A stretch of 64,000 nucleotides of DNA from the human T2T-CHM13v2.0 reference genome, Homo sapiens: assembly GCF_009914755.1 (NCBI RefSeq), contig NC_060948.1. The stretch is one strand, 5' to 3'. Under the pieces are notes generated by a model. The model did no database searches. It had not been told where the DNA came from and saw only the letters and a list, made by a program, of their open reading frames with translations. Made by a program: the position numbers and the translations under genes. This document shows positions 16,829 through 36,173 of the stretch, one piece after another. Position 1 is the stretch's first letter; each line of letters opens with the position of its first letter.

Positions 16829-18933
16829 AGATCCATATTTTTTAAATGAAAAAAAATTTCAAAGGTACTCTGCTTGGTACAATAATCAAATGTATAAACT
16901 GAGGAATAAAACATAACCATGAAACCTACTTATAACTGCATATGGAAAATACAGAGGATAATTTTTTAAATAACATATTTTGAAAGCCTTAACTAGTAAT
17001 TTGAAGAGTTGGCATTTGAAAGGCCAGTATGAATATACCTTCAAAGCAGCAACACAGGTTCCCCATGAGAAAAAGCAAACTCAGGGAAAATAAAACCACA
17101 AAGGTTCAATCTCTTCTGACCTTTGAAAGACACAGCACAGACAGTGGTCCTTAGGACGAAGAGCAGGAGACCCCTAATTCCGTCACCATGGCGATAGGGC
17201 ATAAACATTGCTGGGTGAGGGCACAATCCACATTGTGAAGTCCAAGTGCTGCCAGGAAGACAGGAGTGCTTTTACATAGACCGAAAGGTCATTGAAGGCT
17301 CAGAGTTTTGTTTCAAGAACTGAATCCCAAGCCCACAAGTTATTAGGCTGCGCGTCTTAAAACAAGTTATGAGATGGGAAAAAGGGCACCCACAAACATA
17401 CGTATACATTATGTATATAATAATATACAGTATCATATATATAATATATATAACCTATGTATAATATTGTTTTACATCCTGCATCTTATGTTATATATAT
17501 TGTATAAAATATAATAATTGATAATATATAAGTTTTATATTTATACAATATGACATATAGTATATATTATAATTTATGACATATATAATATATGTTATAT
17601 AGCATATATAGAATATATTATACGGTTAATATACGTATTAAATATAAATTATACATTATATATATAATATATAATATATCTGTTATATATAATACCCATT
17701 ATGCATAATATATATATTATGTCTATGATATATATAGTATAAAACAACATATAATAATATATAATTGTATATATAAAATGCGACATATAATATATATTAT
17801 ATTTTATGACATATGTAATATATATTATATATTATATATAATGCGTTGTATGTATAATACCTATATTAAATATATATTACATGACTATGTTATTAATTAC
17901 ATGTCACATGTGTTATATATTATTTATTTTACATAGAATATACCAGTTACATACAATATAAAGTATGTTACCTATAATGTATAATTTATTACATGTAAAA
18001 TAAAGAATGCAATATATTATGTATAATTTATAATATACAATATGTGGAATGTGATATATATAACATATAATATATGATATATGATATAGAGTATATGATA
18101 TATAACATACAGTATATGATACCTAATATATATGATATACAATACATATTTTATGATATGTATTCTATATGTTATATATTCTGTTATATATAACTGTTTG
18201 AAATTATATATAACTGTATAATATTTTAGGTAAATATGTAATATAATATATATAACTTTATAATATATTATATATAACTATATATTATGTTATATATACT
18301 TTTATAACATAATTTACATAAAATATCATAATATAATATATATTATATTATTTCATATTACATAATATATATTACATATCACCCAATATAAGTAACATAC
18401 ATAATATTATAATATAGATTATATTATGTTATATCAAATATCATATATATCATGTATCATATATTCTATAATATATATTATACATTATATAATATGTATG
18501 TTGTCTATTATGTGATATATATAACTATATATATAATTATATTATTGTACATATAACTAGATAAACATGTAATTCTACATATTTTCATTTATAATATATA
18601 GAATTATATAATCATATATAATTATTTATATTCTATAAAAAATTATATCATTATATAAATTAGAATATATAAAAATTATAATATGTACTACAAACATATA
18701 TATTATATATCATATATGATATAGTACCTTTGTTATATATCATAATACATATAAATGTGTATTATGTTATCTATAATTATATAATTTCATATATAAGATG
18801 TATAATATGTATTATTTATTATATACGTTATGTAATATATATAGTATATATAAGCTGACACAGGATAAATATTATATACTATGACATATAAAATATATGA
18901 GGTTATATGTTACATATAAGGCATAGCACATAA

Positions 18934-19248
<315 letters not shown>

Positions 19249-21353
19249 AGATCCATATTTTTTAAATGAAAAAAAATTTCAAAGGTACTCTGCTTGGTAC
19301 AATAATCAAATGTATAAACTGAGGAATAAAACATAACCATGAAACCTACTTATAACTGCATATGGAAAATACAGAGGATAATTTTTTAAATAACATATTT
19401 TGAAAGCCTTAACTAGTAATTTGAAGAGTTGGCATTTGAAAGGCCAGTATGAATATACCTTCAAAGCAGCAACACAGGTTCCCCATGAGAAAAAGCAAAC
19501 TCAGGGAAAATAAAACCACAAAGGTTCAATCTCTTCTGACCTTTGAAAGACACAGCACAGACAGTGGTCCTTAGGACGAAGAGCAGGAGACCCCTAATTC
19601 CGTCACCATGGCGATAGGGCATAAACATTGCTGGGTGAGGGCACAATCCACCTTGTGAGGTCCAACTGCTGCCAGGAAGACAGGTGTGCTTTTACATAGA
19701 CCGAAAAGTCATTGAAGGCTCAGAGTTTTGTTTCAAGAACTGAATCCCAAGCCCACACGTTATTAGGCTGCGCTTCTTAAAACAAGTTATGAGATGGGAA
19801 AAAGGGCACCCACAAACATACGTATACATTATGTATATAATAATATACAGTATCATATATATAATATATATAACCTATGTATAATATTGTTTTACATCCT
19901 GCATCTTATGTTATATATATTGTTTAAAATATAATAATTGATAATATATAAGTTTTATATTTATTCAATATGACATATAGTATATATTATAATTTATGAC
20001 ATATATAGTATATGTTATATATCATATATAGAATATATTATACGGTTAATATACGTATTAAATATAAATTATACATTATATATATTATATATAATATATC
20101 TGTTATATATAATACCCATTATGCATAATATATATATTATGTCTATGATATATATAGTATAAAACAACATATAATAATATATAATTGTATATATAAAATG
20201 CGACATATAATATATATTATATTTTATGACATATGTAATATATATTATATATTATATATAATGCGTTGTATGTATAATACCTATATTAAATATATATTAC
20301 ATGACTATGTTATTAATTACATATCACATGTGTTATATATTATTTATTTTACATAGAATATACCGGTTACATACAATATATAGTATGTTACCTATAATGT
20401 ATAATTTATTACATGTAAAATAAAGAATGCAATATATTATGTATAATTTATAATATACAATATGTGGAATGTGATATATATAACATATAATATATGATAT
20501 GTGATATAGAGTATATGATATATAACATACAGTATATGATACCTAATATATATGATATACAATATATATTTTATGATATGTATTCTATATGTTATATATT
20601 CTGTTATATATAACTGTTTGAAATTATATATAACTGTATAATATTTTAGGTAAATATGTAATATAATATATATAACTTTATAATATATTATATATAACTA
20701 TATATTATGTTATATATACTTTTATAACATAATTTACATAAAATATCATAAGATAATATATATTATATTATTTCATATTACGTAATATATATTACATATC
20801 ACCCAATATAAGTAACATACATAATATTATAATATAGATTATATTATGTTATATTAAATATCATATATATCATGTATCATATATTCTATAATATATATTA
20901 TACATTATATAATATGTATGTTGTCTATTATGTGATATATATAACTATATATATAATTATATTATTATACATATAACTAGATAAACATGTAATTCTACAT
21001 ATTTTCATTTATAATATATAGAATTATATAATCATATATAATTATTTATATTCTATAAAAAATTATATCATTATATAAATTAGAATATATAAAAATTATA
21101 ATATGTACTACAAACATATATATTATATATCATATATGATATAGTACCTTTGTTATATATCATAATACATATAAATGTGTATTATGTTATCTATAATTAT
21201 ATAATTTCATATATAAGATGTATAATATGTATTATTTATTATATACGTTATGTAATATATATAGTATATATAAGCTGACACAGGATAAATATTATATACT
21301 ATGACATATAAAATATATGAGGTTATATGTTACATATAAGGCATAGCACATAA

Positions 21354-21668
<315 letters not shown>

Positions 21669-23773
21669 AGATCCATATTTTTTAAATGAAAAAAAATTTC
21701 AAAGGTACTCTGCTTGGTACAATAATCAAATGTATAAACTGAGGAATAAAACATAACCATGAAACCTACTTATAACTGCATATGGAAAATACAGAGGATA
21801 ATTTTTTAAATAACATATTTTGAAAGCCTTAACTAGTAATTTGAAGAGTTGGCATTTGAAAGGCCAGTATGAATATACCTTCAAAGCAGCAACACAGGTT
21901 CCCCATGAGAAAAAGCAAACTCAGGGAAAATAAAACCACAAAGGTTCAATCTCTTCTGACCTTTGAAAGACACAGCACAGACAGTGGTCCTTAGGACGAA
22001 GAGCAGGAGACCCCTAATTCCGTCACCATGGCGATAGGGAATAAACATTGCTGGGTGAGGGCACAATCCACCTTGTGAGGTCCAACTGCTGCCAGGAAGA
22101 CAGGAGTGCTTTTACATAGACCGAAAAGTCATTGAAGGCTCAGAGTTTTGTTTCAAGAACTGAATCCCAAGCCCACACTTTATTAGGCTGCGCTTCTTAA
22201 AACAAGTTATGAGATGGGAAAAAGGGCACCCACAAACATACGTATACATTATGTATATAATAATATACAGTATCATATATATAATATATATAACCTATGT
22301 ATAATATTGTTTTACATCCTGCATCTTATGTTATATATATTGTATAAAATATAATAATTGATAATATATAAGTTTTATATTTATTCAATATGACATATAG
22401 TATATATTATAATTTATGACATATATAGTATATGTTATATATCATATATAGAATATATTATACGGTTAATATACGTATTAAATATAAATTATACATTATA
22501 TATATTATATATAATATATCTGTTATATATAATACCCATTATGCATAATATATATATTATGTCTATGATATATATAGTATAAAACAACATATAATAATAT
22601 ATAATTGTATATATAAAATGCGACATATAATATATATTATATTTTATGACATATGTAATATATATTATATATTATATATAATGCGTTGTATGTATAATAC
22701 CTATATTAAATATATATTACATGACTATGTTATTAAATACATGTCACATGTGTTATATATTATTTATTTTACATAGAATATACCGGTTACATACAATATA
22801 TAGTATGTTACCTATAATGTATAATTTATTACATGTAAAATAAAGAATGCAATATATTATGTATAATTTATAATATACAATATGTGGAATGTGATATATA
22901 TAACATATAATATATGATATATGATATAGAGTATATGATATATAACATACAATATATGATACCTAATATACATGATATACAATATATATTTTATGATATG
23001 TATTCTATATGTTATATATTCTGTTATATATAACTGTTTGAAATTATATATAACTGTATACTATTTTAGGTAAATATGTAATATAATATATATAACTTTA
23101 TAATATATTATATATAACTATATATTATGTTATATATACTTTTATAACATAATTTACATAAAATATCATAATATAATATATATTATATTATTTCATATTA
23201 CATAATATATATTACATATCACCCAATATAAGTAACATACATAATATTATAATATAGATTATATTATGTTATATTAAATATCATATATATCATGTATCAT
23301 ATATTCTATAATATATATTATACATTATATAATATGTATGTTGTCTATTATGTGATATATATAACTATATATATAATTATATTATTATACATATAACTAG
23401 ATAAACATGTAATTCTACATATTTTCATTTATAATATATAGAATTATATAATCATATATAATTATTTATATTCTATAAAAAATTATATCATTATATAAAT
23501 TAGAATATATAAAAATTATAATATGTACTACAAACATATATATTATATATCATATATGATATAGTACCTTTGTTATATATCATAATACATATAAATGTGT
23601 ATTATGTTATCTATAATTATATAATTTCATATATAAGATGTATAATATGTATTATTTATTATATACGTTATGTAATATATATAGTATATATAAGCTGACA
23701 CAGGATAAATATTATATACTATGACATATAAAATATATGAGGTTATATGTTACATATAAGGCATTGCACATAA

Positions 23774-24088
<315 letters not shown>

Positions 24089-26213
24089 AGATCCATATTT
24101 TTTAAATGAAAAAAAATTTCAAAGGTACTCTGCTTGGTACAATAATCAAATGTATAAACTGAGGAATAAAACATAACCATGAAACCTACTTATAACTGCA
24201 TATGGAAAATACAGAGGATAATTTTTTAAATAACATATTTTGAAAGCCTTAACTAGTAATTTGAAGAGTTGGCATTTGAAAGGCCAGTATGAATATACCT
24301 TCAAAGCAGCAACACAGGTTCCCCATGAGAAAAAGCAAACTCAGGGAAAATAAAACCACAAAGGTTCAATCTCTTCTGACCTTTGAAAGACACAGCACAG
24401 ACAGTGGTCCTTAGGACGAAGAGCAGGAGACCCCTAATTCCGTCACCATGGCGATAGGGCATAAACATTGCTGGGTGAGGGCACAATCCACCTTGTGAGG
24501 TCCAACTGCTGCCAGGAAGACAGGAGTGCTTTTACATAGACCGAAAAGTCATTGAAGGCTCAGAGTTTTGTTTCAAGAACTGAATCCCAAGCCCACACGT
24601 TATTAGGCTGCGCTTCTTAAAACAAGTTATGAGATGGGAAAAAGGGCACCCACAAACATACGTATACATTATGTATATAATAATATACAGTATCATATAT
24701 ATAATATATATAACCTATGTATAATATTGTTTTACATCCTGCATCTTATGTTATATATATTGTATAAAATATAATAATTGATAATATATAAGTTTTATAT
24801 TTATTCAATATGACATATAGTATATATTATAATTTATGACATATATAGTATATGTTATATATCATATATAGAATATATTATACGGTTAATATACGTATTA
24901 AATATAAATTATACATTATATATATTATATATAATATATCTGTTATATATAATACCCATTATGCATAATATATATATTATGTCTGTGTTATATATAGTAT
25001 AAAACAACATATAATAATATATAATTGTATATATAAAATGCGACATATAATATATATTATATTTTATGACATATGTAATATATATTATATATTATATATA
25101 ATACGTTGTATGTATAATACCTATAATAAATATATATTATATGACTATGTTATTAATTACATGTCACATGTGTTATATATTATATATTTTACATAGAATA
25201 TACCGGTTACATACAATATATACTATGTTACCTATAATGTATAATTTATTACATGTGAAATAAAGTATGCAATATATTATGTATAATTTATAATATACAA
25301 TATGTGGAATGTGATATATATAACATATAATATATGATATATGATATACAGCATATGATATATAACATACAATATATGATACCTAATATATATGGTATAC
25401 AATATATATTTTATGATATGTATTCTATATGTTTTATATTCTGTTATATATAACTATTTGAAATTATATATAACTGTATAATATTTTATGTAAATATGTA
25501 ATATAATATATATAACTATATAATATATTATATATAACTACATATTATGTTATATATACTTTTATAACTTAATTTACATAAAATATCATAATATAATATA
25601 TATTATATTATTTCATATTACATAATATATATTACATATCACCCAATATAAGTAACATACATAATATTATAATATAGATTATATTATGTTATATTAAATA
25701 TCATATATATCATGTATCATATAATCTATAATATATATTATACATTATATAATATGTATGTTGTTTATTATGTGATATATATAACTATATTTATAATTAT
25801 ATTTTTATACATATAACTAGATAAACATGTAATTCTACATATTTTCATTTATAATATATAGAATTATATAATCATATATAATTATTTATATTCTATAAAA
25901 AATTATATCATATAAATTATAATATATAAAAATTATAATATGTACTACACATATATATATTATATATCATATATGATATAGTACCTTTGTTATATATCAT
26001 AATACATATAAATGTGTATTATGTTATCTATAATTATATAATTTCATATATAAGATGTATAATATTTATTATATATTATATAAGTTATGTAATATATATA
26101 GTATATATAAGATGACACAGGATAAATATTATATACTATGACATATAAAATATATGAGGTTATATGTTACATATAAGGCATAGCACATAACATGTAATAT
26201 ATATCATCTATAA

Positions 26214-26505
<292 letters not shown>

Positions 26506-28610
26506 AGATCCATATTTTTTAAATGAAAAAAAATTTCAAAGGTACTCTGCTTGGTACAATAATCAAATGTATAAACTGAGGAATAAAACATAACCATGAA
26601 ACCTACTTATAACTGCATATGGAAAATACAGAGGATAATTTTTTAAATAACATATTTTGAAAGCCTTAACTAGTAATTTGAAGAGTTGGCATTTGAAAGG
26701 CCAGTATGAATATACCTTCAAAGCAGCAACACAGGTTCCCCATGAGAAAAAGCAAACTCAGGGAAAATAAAACCACAAAGGTTCAATCTCTTCTGTCCTT
26801 TGAAAGACACAGCACAGACAGTGGTCCTTAGGACGAAGAGCAAGAGACCCCTAATTCCGTCACCATGGCGATAGGGCATAAACATTGCTGGGTGAGGGCA
26901 CAATCCACATTGTGAGGTCCAACTGCTGCCAGGAAGACAGGAGTGCTTTTACATAGACCGAAAGATCATTGAAGGCTCAGAGTTTTGTTTCAAGAACTGA
27001 ATCCCAAGCCCACACGTTATTAGGCTGCGCTTCTTAAAACAAGTTATGAGATGGGAAAAAGGGCACCCACAGACATACGTATACATTATGTATATAATAA
27101 TATACAGTATCATATATATAATATATATAACCTATGTATAATATTGTTTTACATCCTGCATCTTATATTATATATATTGTATAAAATATAATAATTGATA
27201 ATATATAAGTTTTATATTTATACAATATGACATACAGTATATATTATAATTTATGACATATATAATATATGTTATATATCATATATAGAATATATTATAC
27301 GGTTAATATACGTATTAAATATAAATTATACATTATATATATTATATATAATATATCTGTTATATATAACACCCATTATGCATAATATATATATTATGTC
27401 TAGGTTATATATAGTATAAAACAACATATAATAATATATAATTGTATATATAAAATGCGACATATAATATATATTATATTTTATGACATATGTAATATAT
27501 ATTATATATTATATATAATACGTTGTATGTATAATACCTATAATAAATATATATTATATGACTATGTTATTAATTACATGTCACATGTGTTATATATTGT
27601 ATATTTTACATAGAATATACCGGTTACATACAATATATACTATGTTACCTATAATGTATATTTTATTACATGTGAAATAAAGAATGCAATATATTATGTA
27701 TAATTTATAATATACAATATGTGGAATGTGATATATATAACATATAATATATGATATATGATATACAGTATATGATATATAACATACAATATATGATACC
27801 TAATATATATGGTATACAATATATATTTTATGATATGTATTCCATATGTTTTATATTCTGTTATAAATAACTATTTGAAATTATATATAACTGTATAATA
27901 TTTTATGTAAATATGTAATATAATATATATAACTATATAATATATTATATATAACTATATATTTTGTTATATATACTTTTATAACATAATTTACATAAAA
28001 TATCATAATATAATATATATTATATTATTTCATATTACATAATATATATTACATATCACCCAATATAAGTAACATACATAATATTATAATATAGATTATA
28101 TTATGTTATATTAAATATCATATATATCATGTATCATATAATCTATAATATATATTATACATTATATAATATGTATGTTGTCTATTATGTGATATATATA
28201 ACTATATATATAATTATATTATTATACATATAACTAGATAAACATGTAATTCTACATATTTTCATTTATAATATATAGAATTATATAATCATATATAATT
28301 ATTTATATTCTATAAAAAATTATATCGTTATATAAATTATAATATGTAAAAATTATAATATGTACTACAAATATATATATTATATATCATATATGATATG
28401 GTACCTTTGTTATATATCATAATACATATAAATGTGTATTATGTTATCTATAATTATATAATTTCATATATAAGATGTATAATATTTATTATATATTATA
28501 TATGTTATGTAATATATATAGTATATATAAGATGACACAGGATAAATATTATATACTATGACATATAAAATATATGAGGTTATATGTTACATATAAGTCA
28601 TAGCACATAA

Positions 28611-28925
<315 letters not shown>

Positions 28926-31053
28926 AGATCCATATTTTTTAAATGAAAAAAAATTTCAAAGGTACTCTGCTTGGTACAATAATCAAGTGTATAAACTGAG
29001 GAATAAAACATAACCATGAAACCTACTTATAACTGCATATGGAAAATACAGAGGATAATTTTTTAAATAACATATTATGAAAGCCTTAACTAGTAATTTG
29101 AAGAGTTGGCATTTGAAAGGCCAGTATGAATATACCTTCAAAGCAGCAACACAGGTTCCCCATGAGAAAAAGCAAACTCAGGGAAAATAAAACCACAAAG
29201 GTTCAATGTCTTCTGACCTTTGAAAGACACAGCACAGACAGTGGCCCTTAGGACGAAGAGCTGGAGACCCCTAATTCCGTCACCATGGCGATAGGGCATA
29301 AACATTGCTGGGTGAGGGCACAATCCACATTGTGAGGTCCAACTGCTGCCAGGAAGACAGGAGTGCTTTTACATAGACCGAAAGGTCATTGAAGGCTCAG
29401 AGGTTTGTTTCAAGAACTGAATCCCAAGCCCACACGTTATTAGGCTGCGCTTCTTAAAACAAGTTATGAGATGGGAAAAAGGGCACCCACAAACATACGT
29501 ATACATTATGTATATAATAATATACAGTATCATATATATAATATATATAACCTATGTATAATATTGTTTTACATCCTGCATCTTATATTATATATATTGT
29601 TTAAAATATAATAATTGATAATATATAAGTTTTATATTTATACAATATGACATATAGTATATATTATACTTTATGACATATATAATATATGTTATATATC
29701 ATATATAGAATATATTATACGGTTAATATACGTATTAAATATAAATTATACATTATATATATTATATATAATATATCTGTTACATATAATACCCATTATG
29801 CATAATATATATATTATGTCTATGTGATATATAGTATAAAACAACATATAATAATATATAATTGTATATATAAAATGCGACATATAATATATATTATATT
29901 TTATGACATATGTAATATATATTATATATTATATATAATACGTTGTATGTATAATACCTATAATAAATATATATTATATGACTATGTTATTAATTGCATG
30001 TCACATGTGTTATATATTATATATTTTACATAGAATATACCGGTTACATACAATATATACTATGTTACCTATAATGTATAATTTATTACATGTAAAACAA
30101 AGAATGCAATATATTATGTATAATTTATAATGTACAATATGTGGAATGTGATATATATAACATATAATATATGATATATGATATACAGTATATGATATAT
30201 ACCATACAATATACGATACCTAATATATATGGTATACAATATATATTTTATGATATGTATTCTATATGTTTTATATTCTGTTATATATAACTATTTGAAA
30301 TTATATATAACTGTATAATATTTTATGTAAATATGTAATATAATATATATAACTATATAATATATTATATATAACTATATATTATGTTATATATACTTTT
30401 ATAACATAATTTACATAAAATAATATAATATAATATACATTATATTATTTCATATTACATAATATATATTACATATCACCCAATATAAGTAACATACATA
30501 ATATTATAATATAGATTATATTATGTTATATTAAATATCATATATATCATGTATCATATATTCTATAATATATATTATACATTATATAATATGTATGTTG
30601 TCTATTATGTGATATATATAACTATATATATAATTATATTATTATACATATAACTAGATAAACATGTAATTCTACATATTTTCATTTATAATATATAGAA
30701 TTATATAATCATATATAATTATTTATATTCTATAAAAAATTATATCATTATATAAATTATAATATATAAAAATTATAATATGTACTACAAATATATATAT
30801 TATATATCATATATGATATAGTACCTTTGTTATATATCATAATACATATAAATGTGTATTATGTTATCTATAATTATATAATTTCATATATAAGATGTAT
30901 AATATTTATTATATATTATATATGTTATGTAATATATATAGTATATATAAGATGAGACAGGATAAATATTATATACTATGACATATAAAATATATGAGGT
31001 TATATGTTACATATAAGGCATAGCACATAACATGTAATATATATCATCTATAA

Positions 31054-31344
<291 letters not shown>

Positions 31345-33447
31345 AGATCCATATTTTTTAAATGAAAAAAAATTTCAAAGGTACTCTGCTTGGTACAATA
31401 ATCAAATGTATAAACTGAGGAATAAAACATAACCATGAAACCTACTTATAACTGCATATGGAAAATACAGAGGATAATTTTTTAAATAACATATTTTGAA
31501 AGCCTTAACTAGTAATTTGAAGAGTTGGCATTTGAAAGGCCAGTATGAATATACCTTCAAAGCAGCAACACAGGTTCCCCATGAGAAAAAGCAAACTCAG
31601 GGAAAATAAAACCACAAAGGTTCAATCTCTTCTGACCTTTGAAAGACACAGCACAGACAGTGGTCCTTAGGACGAAGAGCAGGAGACCCCTAATTCCGTC
31701 ACCATGGCGATAGGGCATAAACACTGCTGGGTGAGGGCACAATCCACATTGTGAGGTCCAACTGCTGCCAGGAAGACAGGAGTGCTTTTACATAGACCGA
31801 AAGGTCATTGAAGGCTCAGAGTTTTGTTTCAAGAACTGAATCCCAAGCCCACACGTTATTAGGCTGCGCTTCTTAAAACAAGTTATGAGATGGGAAAAAG
31901 GGCACCCACAAACATACGTATACATTATGTATATAATAATATACAGTATCATATATATAATATATATAACCTATGTATAATATTGTTTTACATCCTGCAT
32001 CTTATATTATATATATTGTATAAAATATAATAATTGATAATATATAAGTTTTATATTTATACAATATGACATATAGTATATAATATAATTTATGACATAT
32101 ATAATATATGTTATATATCATAAATAGAATATATTATACGGTTAATATACGTATTAAATATAAATTATACATTATATATATTATATATAATATATCTGCT
32201 ATATATAATACCCATTATGCATAATATATATATTATGTCTATGTTATGTATAGTATAAAACAACATATAATAATATATAATTGTATATATAAAATGCGAC
32301 ATATAATATATATTATATTTTATGACATCTGTAATATATATTATATATTATATATAATACATTGTATGTATAATACCTATATTAAATATATATTATATGA
32401 CTATGTTATTAATTACCTGTCACATATGTTATATATTATATATTTTACATAGAATATATGGGTTACATACAATATATACTATGTTACCTATAATGTATAA
32501 TATATTACATGTAAAATAAAGAATGCAATATATTATGTGTAATCTATAATATACAATATGTGGAATGTGATATATATAACATATAATATATGATATATGA
32601 TATACAGTATATGATATATAACATGCAATCTATGATACCTAATATATATGGTATACAATATATATTTTATGATATGTATACTATATGTTTTATATTCTGT
32701 TATATATAACTATTTGAAATTATATATGACTGTATAATATTTTATGTAAATATGTAATATAATATATAACTATGTAATATATTATATATAACTATATATT
32801 ATGTTATATTTACTTTTATAACATAATTTACATAAAATATCATAGTATAATATATATTATATTATTTCATATTACATAATATATATTACATATCACCCAA
32901 TATAAGTAACATACATAATATGATAATATAGATTATATTATGTTATATTAAATATCATATATATCATGTATCATATATTCTATAATATATATTATACATT
33001 ATATAATATGTATGTTGTCTATTATGTGATATATATAACTATATATATAATTATATTATTATACATATAACTAGATAAACATGTAATACTACATATTTTC
33101 ATTTATAATATATAGAATTATATAATCATATATAATTATTTATATTCTATAAAAAATTATAGCTTTATATAAATTATAATATATAAAAATTATAATATGT
33201 ACTACAAATATATATATTGTATATCATATATGATATAGTACCTTTGTTATATATGATAATACTTATAAATGTGTATTATGTTATCTATAATTATATAATT
33301 TCATAAATAAGGTGTATAATATTTATTATATATTATATATGTTATGTAATATATATAGTACATATAAGATGACACAGGATAAATATTATATACTATGACA
33401 TATAAAATATATGAGGTTATATGTTACATATAAGGCATAGCACATAA

Positions 33448-33762
<315 letters not shown>

Positions 33763-35858
33763 AGATCCATATTTTTTAAATGAAAAAAAATTTCAAAAGT
33801 ACTCTGCTTGGTACAATAATCAAATGTATAAACTGAGGAATAAAACATAACAATGAAACCTACTTATAACTGCATATGGAAAATACAGAGGATAATTATT
33901 TAAATAACATATTTTGAAAGCCTTAACTAGTAATTTGAAGAGTTGGCATTTGAAAGGCCAGTATGAATATACCTTCAAAGCAGCAACACAGGTTCCCCAT
34001 GAGAAAAAGCAAACTCAGGGAAAATAAAACCACAAAGGTTCAATCTCTTCTGACTTTTGAAAGACACAGCACAGACAGTTTTCCTTAGGACGAAGAGCAG
34101 GAGACCCCTAATTCCGTCACTATAGCGATAGGGCATAAACATTGCTGGGTGAGGGCACAATCCACATTGTGAGGTCCAACTGTTGCCAGGAAGACAGGAG
34201 AGCTTTTACATAGACCGAAAGGTCATTGAAGGCTCAGAGTTTTGTTTCAAGAACTGAATCCCAAGCCCACACGTTATTGGGCTGCGCTTCTTAAAACAAG
34301 TTATGAGATGGGAAAAAGGGCACCCACAAACATACGTATACATTATGTATATAATAATATACAGTATCATATATATAATATATATAACCTATGTATAATA
34401 TTGTTTTACATCCTGTATCTTATATTATATATATTGTATAAAATATAATAATTGATAATATATGTTTTATATTTATACAATATGACATATAGTATATATT
34501 ATAATTTATGACATATATAATATATGTTATATATCATATATAGAATATATTATACGGTTAATATACGTATTAAATATAAATTATACATTATATATATTAT
34601 ATATAATATACCTGTTATATATAATACCCATTATGCATAATATATATATTATGTCTGTGTTATATATAGTATAAAACAACATATAATAATATATAATTGT
34701 ATATATAAAATGCGACATATAATATATATTATATTTTATGACATATGTAATATATATTATATATTTTATATAATACGTTGTGTGTATAATACCTATATTA
34801 AATATATATAATATGACTATGTTATTAATTACATGTCACATATGTTATATGTTATATATTTTACATAGAATATAGTGGTTACATACAATATATACTATGT
34901 TACCTGTAATGTATAATTTATTACATGTAAAATAAAGAATGCAATATATTATGTATAATTTATAATATACAATATGTGGAATGTGATATATATAACATAT
35001 ATGATATATGATATACAGTATATGATATATAACATACAATATATGATACCTAATATATATGGTATGCAATATATATTTTATGATATGTATTCTATATGTT
35101 TTATATTCTGTTATATATAACTATTTGAAATTATATATAACTGTATAATATTTTATGTAAATATGTAATATAATATATATAACTATATAATATATTATAT
35201 ATAACTATATATTATGTTATATATACTTTTATAACATAATTTACATAAAATGTCATAATAAAATATATATTATATTATTTCATATTACATAATATATATT
35301 GCATATCACCCAATATAAGTAACATACATAATATTATAATATAGGTTATATTATGCTATATTAAATATCATATATATCATGTATCATATATTCTATAATA
35401 TATATTATACATTATATAATATGTATGTTGCCTATTATGTGATATATATAACTATATATAATTATATTATTATACATATAACTAGATAAACATGTAATTC
35501 TACATATTTTCATTTATAATATATAGAATTATATAATCATATATAATTATTTATATTCTATAAAAAATTATATCATTATATAAATTATAATATATAAAAA
35601 TTATAATACGTACTACAAATATATATATTATATATCATATATGATATAGTACCTTTGTTATATATCATAGTACATATAAATGTGTATTATGTTATCTATA
35701 ATTATATAATTTCATATATAAGATGTATAATATGTATTATATATTATATATGTTATGTAATATATATAGTATATATAAGATGACACAGGATAAATATTAT
35801 ATACTATGACATATAAAATATATGAGGTTATATCTTACATATAAGGCATAGCACATAA

Positions 35859-36173
<315 letters not shown>

